A stretch of 62,334 bases of DNA, filler included, from Choristocarpus tenellus KU-1152 (Eukaryota > Protista > Phaeophyceae), in assembly GCA_964200185.2 (NCBI GenBank). It is 7 parts of 7 records of this genome, joined end to end, with 100 filler letters (N's around TTAATTAATTAA, not from the genome) between each part and the next. Parts side by side here need not be neighbours in the genome. Positions count along the whole stretch, not along the records: positions 9,679 to 17,060 come from CAXNAD020006240.1; positions 17,161 to 20,673 come from CAXNAD020019527.1; positions 20,774 to 30,534 come from CAXNAD020003416.1; 4 more parts are not named here. One strand, given 5' to 3'. The first letter of the stretch is position 1, and each line of letters begins with the position of its first letter. The notes under the pieces were generated by a model, which did no database searches, was not told the origin of the DNA, and saw only the letters and a program-made list of their open reading frames with translations. Shown piece by piece: positions 11,206-24,700 of this stretch. Made by a program: the position numbers and the translations under genes.

Positions 11206-14200
11206 GTTACAGAACTCAAGAAGACCTTGGAGGATCTAAAAAGCGAACACACCTTTGCCCTCCACCGCAAAGCCACCGAGTGGATGGACGACCTCAAGCA
11301 GGCAAGCGATACAATCTTGGATGCCTATCACAAAGTTGCAATGTTTCTAATGAGTGCTACTCACTTTATGAATATTCATGTCTTGAACACAGCATCCTTT
11401 GCTGCTACGGAAGTGCTGCTGTCTCTGAGTAGTGCAGTGCAATGGGGGTAAAATGGCATTTTTTCAGTCAATATCCTTTTGTACAAAGACATCATATATA
11501 TATATATATATATATTGTGCCCTACATGGTTCTGGAAAAGGTAGATTAATGGCTTACACCGCATCATCCCGTGGTGCTATTAATGATTGCCCGTAGGGGA
11601 TGTGGAGCATGCTCCCCTACACAGTGGCTCCAAAGAAACAAACTCTACAATATGGTTGTAGACTGTATGAACCCTTACCTAAGAATAGAGAGTTAAAATT
11701 AGGGTGTAGAGCTCGGAGGCATGCAGTGAATACCCCCTACATTTGAATATATGTTTGAAAATACGTTGAAGTTGAAGAACACCCCTGTAACGCAATGGTT
11801 TTAGCAAGCAAGGCTAGGTGTGTTACAACAGAGGCGGGAATGGTTTCATCTGGTCTATGCGACATGCTCAGGATCCAAAATAGATGCGTGACCGGAAAGT
11901 GAGTTTTGGTTTTTGTCAAGGGCGACTAGAATGTGCCTCATGATCTCATGCTACTGCTAATAGTGTCAGTGCTGCAATCAGGTACGGATTGGAGGGTGTC
12001 CTGATTAGAGCACCAAATACCTTCTTGAGAGAGGATATTGCTCCCTCCTACATATATTTTGAGTCAAGAAAAGGAGGGGGTGTCAAGATTGTGTGAGGTA
12101 CTTGGTCTCTCCATATGTAGGTGTCTGCCTCTAATTGAGGAGGAACAAGAGGTTATCTTTGTTGTTGGTCAACACTTCAGAGTTGGTGATTGGCTATGAC
12201 ATGCATGAACAACCGACTGAGCTCATGGGAAGAGCTCCATGTCAAAACACAAAGCGTAGTGTTGTAATGGGTGAGATATAATTACATTACAATTAGACCT
12301 TTGCGATAGGTTAGTTCTTTCCTTTCACCCTTCCGTCTCCATAACCTGCCTCCTCTTTTACGCTCCTATATTCTGGTGTTGAGGTAACCTCTCATGTAAG
12401 TCAAGTCATGGATGTATACTGGCACTCTTCAACATTTGTTGACTCTAGATCCAAAAACTTGTTCAGGTGGGGGAGGAGAAGGAGAGCATTATCGCCGAAA
12501 AAGATGCCCGATACGAAGACCTCCACCAAAGACACGATACCATGATCCGGGAAAATCGCGAGGAGGTAGACAAGAAGAGCAGGCATCATGTGCAGGTGAC
12601 CCCTCCCCATTGCCGCTATGATCAACTGCATGTACCGTTAGAAACAGGGCTTTGCTTCTTGGCTTTGTGGGCTCGAAGGGCAGTCACAAAGAAGCCAAGG
12701 GGCTTTACACGCTTCCACACTCCTGTACATATATGTAACGGCAAAGAGGATACACCAACAGACACAAGGAAATGCAAATATGGGCATGTTTGTGTGTGTG
12801 CATCCTTATAGTAGGTTGATAATATTCTGTATACACCAATTTGAATTGTGCTTGGGCTTGGCCTCTCATTTCGGTCTTGATTCTTGATCCTGACCATTAG
12901 GCTTGTTGTCCAACAGGTCTGATGCTTTTCTTGAGTACAGTGGAGTAATGTGGTTGTTTAGTTGATCGTTGACACATCTGCCTCCTCTCCTAACTGCCTT
13001 GACTCTGTGCACCCATACTGTCGTCAGCACTGACAGACACAACCCAACAGTGTAGAGAAGTCACCTTGTGCCACTATAACCAGAGAAATCTGCAGAGAAA
13101 GTGACTGCCCGTTGATAAAGCTTTTCAACTCCTTCTGAAGCACTGGGCCGTCTCACTTTTGTTGGATGTAGCCCCTACACACATCCATAGGTATGTCCAT
13201 CATTTAAGTGCAGAGATCAGAAGTGTGTCTAACAAATATGCCCAATTGTGAACTCATGCCTAAAATCTTGATTCACCAACCTGTTCAAGGCACGTCTATT
13301 TCCCCCTACCAATTTACTTTGGAATGGACAGCGTGCCTTGTGTTGCAATTGCTACTACAATGCATGGCCCCCCATGACCTGTTATTCTTACCCCCGCACC
13401 AGAGGTATAAAAAGGCAAACATCTCCCTTTCACCTTCCATTTAACCCTGATTCCTGCCAACTCTGATTCCTCTTTCTGTAACTGCCCCTCTGTGTAGGTG
13501 GTGCAAGAGTTGGAGAATCAGTACGAACACCGCCTGGCAGTGGAACTAGACAGGTATGACAAGCTCAGTGAGGAAGTGGAGACTGTGCAACAACGCTGTG
13601 AAGGCTTGCTGGAAGCACAGCAGCAGGGGCATGAGTGGGAACTCCGATCAAGGGACCAGGTACCCTATTTTTAGGGGGCAGTGATGGAGAGCTGTCCTTC
13701 TCCGTCCTCTCTCCAGAGCCTATCTTCCTCTGCTCAATATGTAGTACCCTTGTTCGTTTCGGTTACATGTTCTTGGTCCCTGCTTGGCCCTTTATCCCTT
13801 CACTAACCCTTCCATTAAAACCACCTCAACGTTTTGTCCCCTTTCATTTCTTTGTGCATGCAACTGGTGAAACACCAGGCAGCACACAAGATGGAAAAGG
13901 AGCTAAGGCTACAGATTGAACGGCTCCAAGAAGATAGAAATTACAACGATCAGATGTATAGAGAGGTGAGCATAATCTGGAAAAAAGCAGCAGTAGCAGC
14001 AACATTTGGAAATGCAGTGGTACCTTGTACTCTGAAGTACGCCATAAATGAGAGGATTCCTTAGATAAGTGTCCCTGATACTGATCCAAGCCTCTTCTCC
14101 TTGTTAACATTCAACATTGTGTTCCCAACCTCAGTCACAGAAGGCCACACTTCATCCAAACCCTGAGCTGATACTTCCAGCCCCATGTTCTCAACCAAAG

Positions 14201-16866
14201 GAAATCCCTCGATGTCAATTCCACTACAGCTCCCCAGACTCAACACAAGCGGCCCAACTCCTACCTAATGTATCAGCCAGCATCACTCCGTCTATATTGA
14301 GCTGCAACGGTCTTTTTTAGGCGAAGACATACACAGCAGTGCAGATATCACCCACCTGGGCGAGTGAATAACCTTGTTGCAGACTGAGGCATCAACCCCA
14401 CCGCTAACCCTAACCCCAATCCTAACCCTAACCCTAACCCCCACCTTGTTGTTCTCCCTAGCTAGTGCGGTACTGTAGAAGTGTAATACAGACAGGCCCA
14501 AACAAGTTTCAACTCTAACTGACCCATTTGCCCAAGATCACTCACATTATTTGTACGCCTTTTGATCGCCCAAGGAGTTGACTTGTGTTGTCCCTAACCC
14601 TAAGCTACAACTGTGGTCTCAACGTTGGCCTTGAAATAATCAGCCTCATGACTTGGACAACCATATCCATACCCCCTGGCTTGTGCCTCAATGCTGTTAA
14701 ACCCTACTTCACAGGTGCTTGATCAGCAGGAGCATGAGTACGAGATAGAGCTTCAGCAGCTTATGGCTGCAGCTGAGCAGGAGCTCAATGGAGAGAGAGA
14801 AAACACAGGAAAGCTTAGAGCTCTTCTGCAGGTGCTAGAAGGTCGATTTTAATCTCTCTTTTTCTTTGCAAAAATAAAAATAACAAAGTGCTGGGTCAAA
14901 GTACCTTAGAGGGTAGAGCCGTGTCCGTTTGGGGGCTGAAATTTAATGTTGCGATTTTGGTGCAATTTTGACTATCGAAAGTGTCAATATATCCTTGTTC
15001 CCTACACAACATTTCGTAATGTATACATTTTACCTACTCCGAAACATTTCGGAGTAGGAAAATGTCATAAAGATTGGGGGGAAGCCAAGCCCCAAACGGA
15101 CAAACAGGGAAAAACTCGTACCCTAACCCTAAGATACCTTCTCTCTGCTTGTTCTGACTACTTTAGAGTGTGTACTCAGCCTGCACACGGCATTAGAAGC
15201 AGTGTGCGAGTGGCACTAGGGTTAGGGTTAGGGGTGGGAAAAAAGGACAAGAAATCTAGGAGAAAGAGGGCACATGAGTGAGAGGAGAACGGATAAGAAG
15301 AGTAAAGTGGCACTGATGCTGGTGGGATCAATTGTATCTGATCTGGTCTTACCAGGCTCACATGCAACAGTTGCTGGGTCCGGACAGGCATGTAGAACCG
15401 GAATATATGTGTTTTACCATTCGAGTTATAGACATACTTCATTTGCCCTTCCTCTTGCAACTATCCAGGAAATTTTGGCTTGATGAAACCAACCACTGAG
15501 CCAAAGTATCTTAGAGGGTAGAGCCGCATCCATTTGGGGACCAAAACATCCAATGTTTCGATTTTGATGTAATTTCAGCTATCGTGTTAGTTAGGAAGTG
15601 TCAATATCCTTGTTCTGGACTCACCTTTTCATAACATACACGTTTTACCTACTCCGAACTATTTTGGAGTAGGAAAATGTCACAGAAATCCCGAGGGAAA
15701 GCTAAGCCATCAATGGACAAGCAGGGCAAAACTCGTACCCTCTAAGATACTTTCACTCACTGCTGCTTCGTGAAGAAGGCATGTGGTGTCTGTCTGGGCA
15801 TAACCCCCGAAAAAGAAATCGTCCATGAGTATGCATCACTACATTACAAGGATCTGAACCCTCCTCCCCCTACCCCCAACTCTTCCCCATCACGAGCAGT
15901 CACGAAAAACAAAGGAAGATCAGCTGAGGAAGAAGATGATGGAGGTGCAACGGAGTTCCAGTGCCCGGGATATGATGTTTGCTCTCGAAAAGGGAAAGAG
16001 AGAGAAGCTTGAGGCCACTATGCATCACTTTGAGACCCACTTGCACGAGAGGGAGGTCATGCTGGCCGAGAAGGTTAGCAAACTAGCTCAAAGCAAGGGC
16101 TGTTGTTGGTTGGGCTTGCGTTGCAGGGGTTGGCTTGCTGCTTTGGTTCTTGTTTCTCTCCATGAGCATATGTTGAGTTCAATATAGTTTCTTGTGAAGT
16201 ATATTTACTCCACCAACATTGTTATTTTAACTTCGTGGAGTGGTATTTCAAATGTTTCCCGACATAGATACAATATAACTCATGTACTACAGTTGTGAAG
16301 TGAGTAGTAGGGAATGTGGTAGGTTTTGGGCCTGGATTGGTGTTGATGGAAGGGAGGGAGGGCATGGAGGTAGAGATCCCGACATGTCATTAGGTAGTTT
16401 TTCTATTTCTATATTCAACTTTGTGAGGTTGTGGTGTGACTGGGGTCAGAATAGGGTAGATAGTATATTCTGAGTTAAATATGTAGTTGTGATTTGAAGT
16501 TTAAATGCAGAAGCTCCTGGATGTAGGCACTGCTTCCCATTTCAAGTGCTGCTGTAGTTTGAAATAAGTACTTGGTACCAATAACTCATTATTTCAACGA
16601 ACATGTACTTAAAAAGGCCTCCCTTGACTATTGCTACTCTCTCCTCCTTTCTCAACCAACCGACATGACTGGCTCCTTCTTCATACCACGCTTGCTCCAA
16701 ATACGCCTAGAATATTGTATATGCATGAATTAAATCACATTTTTTTCTACAGGAGAACTGCTCTAAGCCAGAGTCATCCTCACAAACCTTACCTTGACCC
16801 TCGTGGCCTCCAGGAGAAGACGATATTGGAGCTGCGCAGCAACAACACAACTCTGGACAATTTCAG
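11206..16866 (+). CDS. CFAP57: CFAP57/WDR65-family axonemal protein, C-terminal coiled-coil part (partial at both ends)
   Basis: Exons 11206-11301, 12467-12595, 13498-13659, 13879-13965, 14715-14831, 15900-16073, 16814-16866 splice in frame. 'ELENQYEHRLAVELDRYD', 'QQEHEYEIEL', 'EREVMLAEKEKTILELRSNNTTLDNFR' resemble CFAP57 family motifs as recalled; could be a paralogue. Confidence 0.75.
14402..14441. repeat. Short interstitial telomere-like (CCCTAA)n tract
   Basis: cgctaa ccctaa ccccaa tcctaa ccctaa ccctaa cccc; a shorter (TTAGGG) run lies at about 15217-15234. Confidence 0.7.
14893..15145 (+). mobile_element. MITE family A copy 2
   Basis: GGGTCAAAGTACCTTAGAGGGTA ... CTAAGATACCTTCTCTC; flanked by TGCT/TGCT; intronic. 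Confidence 0.88.
15498..15758 (+). mobile_element. MITE family A copy 3
   Basis: GAGCCAAAGTATCTTAGAGGGTA ... TACCCTCTAAGATACTTTCACTC; flanked by ACT/ACT. Confidence 0.92.
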
Positions 16867-17060
16867 GTCAGGGGATTCAAGCCCCTGCTAATCATGTTGT
16901 AGGGCGAGCAAGGGTAGGTTCTCTCTGTCCCCCTATGTTCCCACTCCTCAAAATACTGGTGTGATCCTCTCCTTTTCCTGCTCTCCAATTACTTCTCCAC
17001 TGCTGTCCTTTCAAGCAATCCTTTGGCTTGAAGTATCTGGGGTGGGTGGGGGGGAGGGGG

Positions 17061-17160
17061 NNNNNNNNNNNNNNNNNNNNNNNNNNNNNNNNNNNNNNNN
17101 NNNNTTAATTAATTAANNNNNNNNNNNNNNNNNNNNNNNNNNNNNNNNNNNNNNNNNNNN
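17061..17160. other. Artificial contig linker
   Basis: 44N-TTAATTAATTAA-44N. Confidence 0.98.
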
Positions 17161-18011
17161 ATCCTTAAAAGATAAATTTAAATTTTATTTTTTGAAAATT
17201 GCTAAAAAAAAACCCCCCCCCCCCCCCCTCTACTATATACCCACTTTTTTGTGCTAAAAAACATGGTCTATGGGATATATATTTCACCATAATAAGCAGA
17301 ATATGTCAGCCTGGATGAAAATTGAGGTAAAGCTTGTACACATACCCTGGCCTATCTACATAGATGAGAACACAAAGACTGCACTATTAATGCGGTATTG
17401 TGTTGTTTATCAGGAATAATCTCACCTTATCTTTTGTGCTTGTCTTTCTTGTGATTGAGAGGGGTCGTGAATCATAGGTATTGCTTATACTGCTCCAAGA
17501 TCGTCTGTTGTTTTGATCTGAAATAATGGATAACTACTTATCAGAACATTTTTTTTGGTATATTGTTACCCTGACAATAGAAAGAATAATACTCTGGCCA
17601 GCTAAGAATGGCCAGGTCTGAGCAATCATGTCAAGATTATGTAAAGGTTAGGATAACTTTTCTTCTCCGTTTTTCACATTAAAAAATAGTCTATATGCCA
17701 CATGGATCCCGAAAAGATGATTTCCACCTGCAGTGACTACTTTGAATTGCATATTAACAATAATTCTGTTGTTGCCACCACTCGAATTACCCATAAATAT
17801 TTGACTCAATGCCTGATGTTTGCATCAATTTAAGAGTTGAGTTACTTACTCAGTGTTCAGGTGCAACACAAAACATTGAGCTTGGGGAGGACAACAGATG
17901 TCGAGATGAAAACAGTCCCAACCACAGTCCCGGGAAGATGCTTGATACTGCAGCAAACCAGATGCAATATTAACAGTTGCTTAATGTTTGTGTTTGTGTG
18001 CGGTCAGTTAC

Positions 18012-20438
18012 CTTCAAGCCCACCAGCTCCCTTGCAACCTCTTGATGCTCCTGTTCAGTTTCAAGTTGCTTCTGTTGAGAAATTGCACCTTCCACAGTAG
18101 CATGTGCCACCACTGCCTCAAGCTCCAGGACATATTGCTCCACCGTGACCCCCTTCTTATCTACTGTTGCGACCACTCCAGCTGTGTCTTCTGTTTCCTG
18201 CCTCCCCACCTCAGCGTCTCCTCCACTGATTGGTGATCCTTCTTCCCCTGCCCCTTCTGCCTCTCCCCCAATATCAATGTCTCTCCTAGCTTTTTGCTGC
18301 CCGGCAAACATCTTCAGGACATCAAGTCTTTCCTGTAATGATCGGCTACATCCGTCTCCCACTGCTCTATCGCCTGGGGACAGAACAACTACTTCCCCAA
18401 GTTCTCCAGTATTGCCAAGTCCATTGAATGCCCTTGACACCGCTGTCTCGAGCTCATGCAGACGCTCCCTGTGCCCCAGCAGCTCTCGCTCATAGGAGGT
18501 GGACCTAGACTTGAATATCTCCTCCAGCCCCTCAGCCCGTGCCTTGTGAGCCAAAGATTCAACATGCAGCTTCTGCAAGTCCATTTCCTTTTCCTCAAGT
18601 GCCTGCGCTGCTTCATCCGCCAAGGCAAGAGCCTTATTCTCTCTTGCAGCAGCTGCACCCTCTGCATCCTGAAGTGCGCTTGTCTCTGCCTTGCACCTCA
18701 TAGAGATCTCCTCAACAGTCTCACGGTGCTCATCCCCTAAGATACGAAGTGCTTCCTGGCGCTCAGCATCCTTGGCATGCACAATAGCCCTCGCTTTTGT
18801 CTTCATCTGTTCCAGACTGGTATCAAGGGCAGAGACCTTCTGCTCCTGCTCTTGAACCAATTCCTCAAGTTCTGCCTCCCTGGAGGCCCGTTGTGCATCT
18901 GTTCCGAGGAGTGACCTAACTTTCCGCTCCAGTTCATCAATCTGCTGCTTGGCATCTGTCTGCACCTGCTCTGCTTTGGCTGTTACCTCTGCAACAGTGG
19001 CTGCAAACTGTGCTGCCACTTCAGCAGAGGCAGTTTCAGCATTGGAGGATGCTGTAGCTGCAGCAGCGGTTGCCTTGGCAATGACCTCTTCCATACTGCG
19101 TTCCATCTTCTGGAGTTGGTCTTCCCTTTCTTTACAGGCGTTGCTCATCGCATCAGCCAAAGCTTCAGCTACCTGACGTTTCTCCTCAGACTCCAATAAT
19201 GACTCCTTGTGCAGATGCTCTGTCTCTAAAAGGTTTCTAAGACTGTCTTCCCTTTCTTTCTCAAGTGCGTTTTTATGCTCTAATGACAGCTCCTGCAGTC
19301 CTACACGAAGCTCATCATCCCTACACCTAATCTCGACAAGATGTGCCTCAGCAAGGGAGTCCAGGGTTTTGGTATGTTCCGCATCCCTTGCACTTAGAGC
19401 TTCAGCAGACTTCCTTTCCTCCTCATTGGCCTTGGCCTGGTGATCACGTTGCAAGTTGGCCAGGATTTGATCATGATCGTCCTGGACCTTAGCAAGGATT
19501 TGTCCATGGTCATTGTCCTGAATAATCAAGCTCTCCCCATGAGCTTTAGTAGTCTCCTGGAACTCCAATTTGTGCTCATGTGCCAGAGATGTGAGATGTT
19601 CCTCCCATTTTGCTTCTTCAATAGTCAGGGCTTGTTGATGATTGGCGTGCATTCTGACTAGGGCCTCTTCATGCTGGCTAGCAATCTCAGTGGTGATTGC
19701 TGCAAAGTCGGCCTCCTGTAAAAGTTGGAGTAAGGGGGGTGACATTCTATCTTTGCAAGGTAAAACCCTTCGCCAATGAGCAGCTTAGCTCCATGCAGTC
19801 AATTGTGAGGTGTACAGCAAGACCATTTGCTATGTATGCCATGAAGAGTATGGGAGTATTCAATGAGTTGACTTCTAACAACAATTGTCAAATACTTCCA
19901 GAGGCAAGAAATCTGTTTTTCTTGAATCAGAGTACGTTTCTGAATAGCTGGATACGAATAAAGGTTCACAGGGTAAGCAGTAAGGAGCCCCATGCTTTGC
20001 TGCACAACAAATTGAGTACATGCTTTTACAATCTATGGGGCACTTGGAAATCTACATGATTTAATTCTGATTGTGTGTCCCACAGAGTAGCAATCACATA
20101 CACACATACGCGTATATCTCCTGAATCAGCATGTTTGGAAGGACTGAGACACTTTCACAAACCTTTGCTGCCAACTTGCTGGCATGCTCACACTCCTTCA
20201 CAGAAAGGCGCGAAGTCTGCTTCTCTTCCATCTCTTCTCTTGTGCGTATCAGTGCCTCAGCGTGTCTTTCTTCTAAAAAAACGCATTGTGCCCCGTGCTC
20301 CATTGCTACCTTTCGTGCAGCAACTTCAGCAGCCTCCTTTCCTTTCAAAGCCTCAGTCAGGAGTTGATCTCTCACTCGCGACAGCTCCGCGTCATGGGCA
20401 CTCTTGCTTGCAAGGGCAGCAGCAGCGCTTTCAGCAGC
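18012..20438 (-). CDS. Large E/A/K-rich coiled-coil protein, partial
   Basis: Exon 20438-20163 and a 1704-nt exon 19715-18012, both with CAG acceptors and GT donors in phase 0. Heptad-like composition; no recognisable domain. Confidence 0.8.
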
Positions 20439-20673
20439 CTGGAGAAAAATCGAGGGATAGCCAACAGAGGACACATTATAGTTTGAAAGGTTACTGTAAG
20501 GGGTGAGTTGGGGTGGATTGGAGAGGGTTAACTCTGAGGACATGGTGCAGCAGCAGTGAGTGTCTAAAACTATTGGTTCATGCAGTGAAAGCAAATACCA
20601 TTCACAAGTACCAACAACTAGAGATAGAGAGTGGCAAAAGTATCTGGGGGGGGGGGGGGGGGGGGGCTACACC

Positions 20674-20773
20674 NNNNNNNNNNNNNNNNNNNNNNNNNNN
20701 NNNNNNNNNNNNNNNNNTTAATTAATTAANNNNNNNNNNNNNNNNNNNNNNNNNNNNNNNNNNNNNNNNNNNN
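20674..20773. other. Artificial contig linker
   Basis: 44N-TTAATTAATTAA-44N. Confidence 0.98.
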
Positions 20774-20846
20774 CTACCATGTGGGTAGCCAGCTCATCCA
20801 GGAAGCTTTCTGCTTGCTTGCCGAGGCGCCCAAAACTTTCCACCGC
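20774..20846 (-). mobile_element. Fragment of a CRE-type non-LTR retrotransposon (restriction-like endonuclease C-terminus)
   Basis: Minus strand reads AVESFGRLGKQAESFLDELATHMV, matching the 'aVEs.GrLG..a..fl..La' motif of RLE-encoding LINEs; cut by the contig end. Confidence 0.6.
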
Positions 20847-21770
20847 ATCATCATAAAGATCAACAAAAGGAGAAGTGAGTAGGCGATGGATATGGATGCG
20901 TCATTACTTCTGTCACAACATCGAATAAGATAGATATGGAGTGTCTCTGGTATCAAGGAAAAAAGAAAATGATGACATCACCCACATATCACCAATCATA
21001 ATAATACTACCTTTTCCACAAGATATCCTCGATCACAACATCATCAAAATATCGCAATCTAAAATAAAATAATATAAATATATAATGACCTCACTCAAAC
21101 CTCTCTCCAATCAATGACCTCAGTCATTCTTACCACTCATTCTAGTTTTTTCGTTTCATTTGAATGTAGACCTATTTTGTGACAATACTTCTACAGGAAC
21201 GAACGCAAAGTGAGAGGCGCGCTTATCGCCTTACCTTGTGGATAACGTGGAAGTTCAGCTCATGAAATTAACATCTCAGGTTCTCTTTTGGAAAGGGTTT
21301 TGTGGTCAGACTAGAGATTGGGTTGAAATAGCGAGCGGGGAGGGTCTTGGTGGACACAACTTCAAGACAGTAAGATGTGGCGCAGTTCTTGTGAGTGCTT
21401 TGCGACCATTAAACCCGCAAAGCATGTGAGGCAGATTTCATCCTCAAAGCGGCCTCTCAATGCCGCAGGTGTTGCTTTCACCATGGGAGATCAGGTGCGC
21501 TGTTAACTAGTGGGGCCTATATTTACGACCTTGTGGCACACTAAAAAAATATTATTAATAGGTATGATTCCTGTCCGTGCGATCCGATATGCTCTAACTG
21601 CTATCATAGTCAAAATACCTCTCTCGCTGCTACTTCACGCGCTTGTAATCTTTGCCGTAAACTTTGATAATTTCCAGGAACCAGAATTCGCGATCGTTTC
21701 AAAGTTATGCGGTGATCTTCTTGCCCAAGAGGCATCACGGCGCTTTCCACCAATTGAGCGATCGCTATCG

Positions 21771-24700
21771 ATGATGTCTTCAGCGGCAGTCATGGTAGCT
21801 GCCAACAGGAACGTCCCCGCACCAGCCAGAAGACTAAACACAATGATCGCTTCTGCCAGTGAGAGCGAGGACGATGACCTTTTAAGGTCGCTAAGCTCGA
21901 AAGAGACGACCCCCCTCTCTCTACGGGACCTTCACGCATTTTGCGCTTCGCCAGACGCTGCTGCCCGAGAGCAGCAGGCCCAGTTCTTGCACCGAGAGGT
22001 GGGTTAGGGCGTAAGCCTTACTGATATCCTGTTGCTGTGGTCACTAAGTGATCCATTTGCGTATCATCTGGACCTCGTTCGAAGTTGAGACCTCCAATGG
22101 CTACTTTGTACCCACTTTTGTCTAGGAAAACTCGATTGGAATATATTGGTCATGTTGATAGGGCAATGGACAACACGTCTCAAGGGTGTTCAAGTTGAAC
22201 TATTTTACATGGAATACACAATTGTACAGTCCTGGCACCCACCAGGGTATACTGGAATACGAACGAGGAAAGTTCCTTGAAAACCCTGTCTTGACGTCTT
22301 CTTAGGAGAGCATCTCTACAGTAGGTATACACGGCATGTGGCAATTTTCCGACTCCTTCGCCCTGTTAAAGTCATTTTGAAGTCATGGCCCCTGAAAAAA
22401 TGCAAGAAATCGCAAACTTCACTTGCTTACTTTCAGCACTTCACCCCCCCTGCCCTCCCCCCTACCTGTCCAGCTCCCTATCCGATTTGCGCAAAGGGTA
22501 ATCGAGCTCCAGAATTTGCCGTATGGTCTGTCCGATACAAAGCCCGTGAAGGAAGCTGCTGGGTAAGACCCTTATTCTTTCTCCACTGCACCAAACTCAT
22601 CTCACTGCCCAGCCCCTACCATACCCTAACCTTTTCCTATCGCAATAATCATGGCACATATATTATTTTGAACTCATGGTGCTGAAGTTTTAAGGAGTTG
22701 AGGTCATTCATAAATTTTCCAGAATATAGAAAATAATGGATATGGATTGCAAGTACATATTTTCATTCGCATGTAGTAGATATTGTAGGCAGAACAATGA
22801 TGCACAAAGAAACACTTAATGAGGGCAGTTGCCATTGCCATGCTGAAAGCCCAGGAAAACTTGAGCCTACAGTACATCTGCCACATGTGTGTTTGTCATT
22901 GGTTGGTACAGTACTCTTGACTGTGATAAACAATCTGATTGATGTTTGGCTGCAGATTAGGCTTAGAATTGTAGTCTGCAAATTTGACTGCATTTCTTGT
23001 ATTTTGATAGGGTCTTCATTTTGGTTAGTTACAAAATTTAGAAGTTTTTTTGATGTACCCATATTCTTTTTCGTTTTCACTCCTCTGCAAGGTGGTATGC
23101 CCGTATCATGCACAGCATGCAGGAGTGCCCGGTACCAAAGGGAGAATTGGGAGAGGCACGTTTTACTTCATTCCTGGCATCGCTGGTTCTGGATCACACG
23201 TGTATTCCACAGGCCCTAAGCAAGGGGGTGCTTGAGCTCAGTGAAAGGTGACACACAGATAGGAAAAGTCATACCTTGGCTGCCTGAGTTCCTACTTTTG
23301 ATGTTTTTTTTCTGAAATGGCTAAGGTTCTACATTGCTATTGAAGATCACATTTTTTGATCATTTCGATATGGTTGCACTGAAACCTGTCCAAGAAAACA
23401 ACCTGACATGCAAGGCATGGTGTGCTGAAAGGGTGGTGGGGGATCGATCCCTTGCAGGATGCAAGTGTTTGTGGGGTTCCTCTCATTATGGTTGGTATCG
23501 TTCTGCAAGTATAGACCATTTTGAATAATGTACTCCGTTTTGATTGTAGCAAATGTTTGCCCCCCTCATGTGCAATTTCTGGTTTGTAGGTGGAATAATT
23601 GACACTTGGTGCTTTTTTTAGTGGGTTAGTGTGAACTGGCTGAAGTGTGTTGGGTAGGTCAAGAATTCAAGAGTCCCTCACATGCTTTTATGCAGTGCAG
23701 CCCCAAGTAAGAAGAGGATGCAGCAATAGCGATACACAGTACCTGAATATCAATTGATTGTACAATTATGAACCACCAATCTTCAAAATCTAGAGTGCAG
23801 TGGAGGCAGGTACGAGTATAATAATGTGTCTATTTTGATGTCTGTGTTAACTCATATATTTTCTGCTTTTTCACATTTCAATTTAAAACTATCAGGGGGG
23901 GGGGAGTGGCTGAACCCCTGTTGTTGGGTTGATTGTGGAAAGGTAGGACATTACGAATGTAGGGCTGCCTGGTTGTATTTCTAATATGTGGCATTCCTGA
24001 CTATGTTAAACTAGCATCAGTGTGGGAGACTTTCTGGGTGAATAGTTGGTTGCCCCTTTAAGGCAGATAAGCTACATGCCAGAGTGCAGTAGAATTCTTT
24101 TACAAATCAAACATCAGATACATTCTTATTTTCCGAATCCTTTGCGAGGATTGGATGAGCGCACTTGCTTACCTTGAAAGCTTGCAGCAGGGCATTTTCT
24201 AACTCTGAGAGGTGTTACTCATTTCACCACCTCAGTCTACTAATACTGAAAGAGAAAAAACTGTTGTTGAATGAGAAGCAGATGAGTTCAAAATTGGACT
24301 TCATTATGATGAGTGGTTGGCATACTGAAGTGTGTACCTCCTACATGAATATGGGGTAGAGGTGTTATCCTCTGAATGCACATGTTGTACAATAGCAACT
24401 GTAAAAAAAAAAATTGTGTACTAAATAGCAGACTGTTCTATTTATTCCCACCCATTAGTATGGCATTGAAGAAGATACGATCTGTAGGGCAGTTGTACTG
24501 TACCTAATTTGATCCTATGTGGGGGTGGAGGAGGAAGGTCACTGTACAAAAAGCAGATGGATATTAATCTGTAGGAATGGGATTCAAACTGCTAGTAAGT
24601 TCAAAGAATGAATCTGAGTCTTAATTTCCCAGGATGTAATTGGTGGGGAATGTTCTGAGGCTCGTGGCATTTCTTGTGAAGGTGTTAAGTACTCTTTGCT

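Noticed and set aside
13040-13200. Possible LINE endonuclease tail on the minus strand (..KLYQR..SLSLQISL)
   Set aside because: Needs frameshifts and is too short to support.
10662-15758. Family A copies as a CRISPR array or structured ncRNA genes
   Set aside because: Dispersed in both orientations, with TIRs and TSDs; no repeat-spacer periodicity and no cas genes.
18145-19661. Plus-strand S/A/L-rich ORFs over the coiled-coil exon (likewise 3196-3543 and 48575-48862)
   Set aside because: Antisense shadows of real coding exons.
22074-22268. Possible MITE bounded by CCTCGTTCG...CGAACGAGG in a PDK intron
   Set aside because: Only 9 bp of perfect inverted match, no TSD, no second copy.
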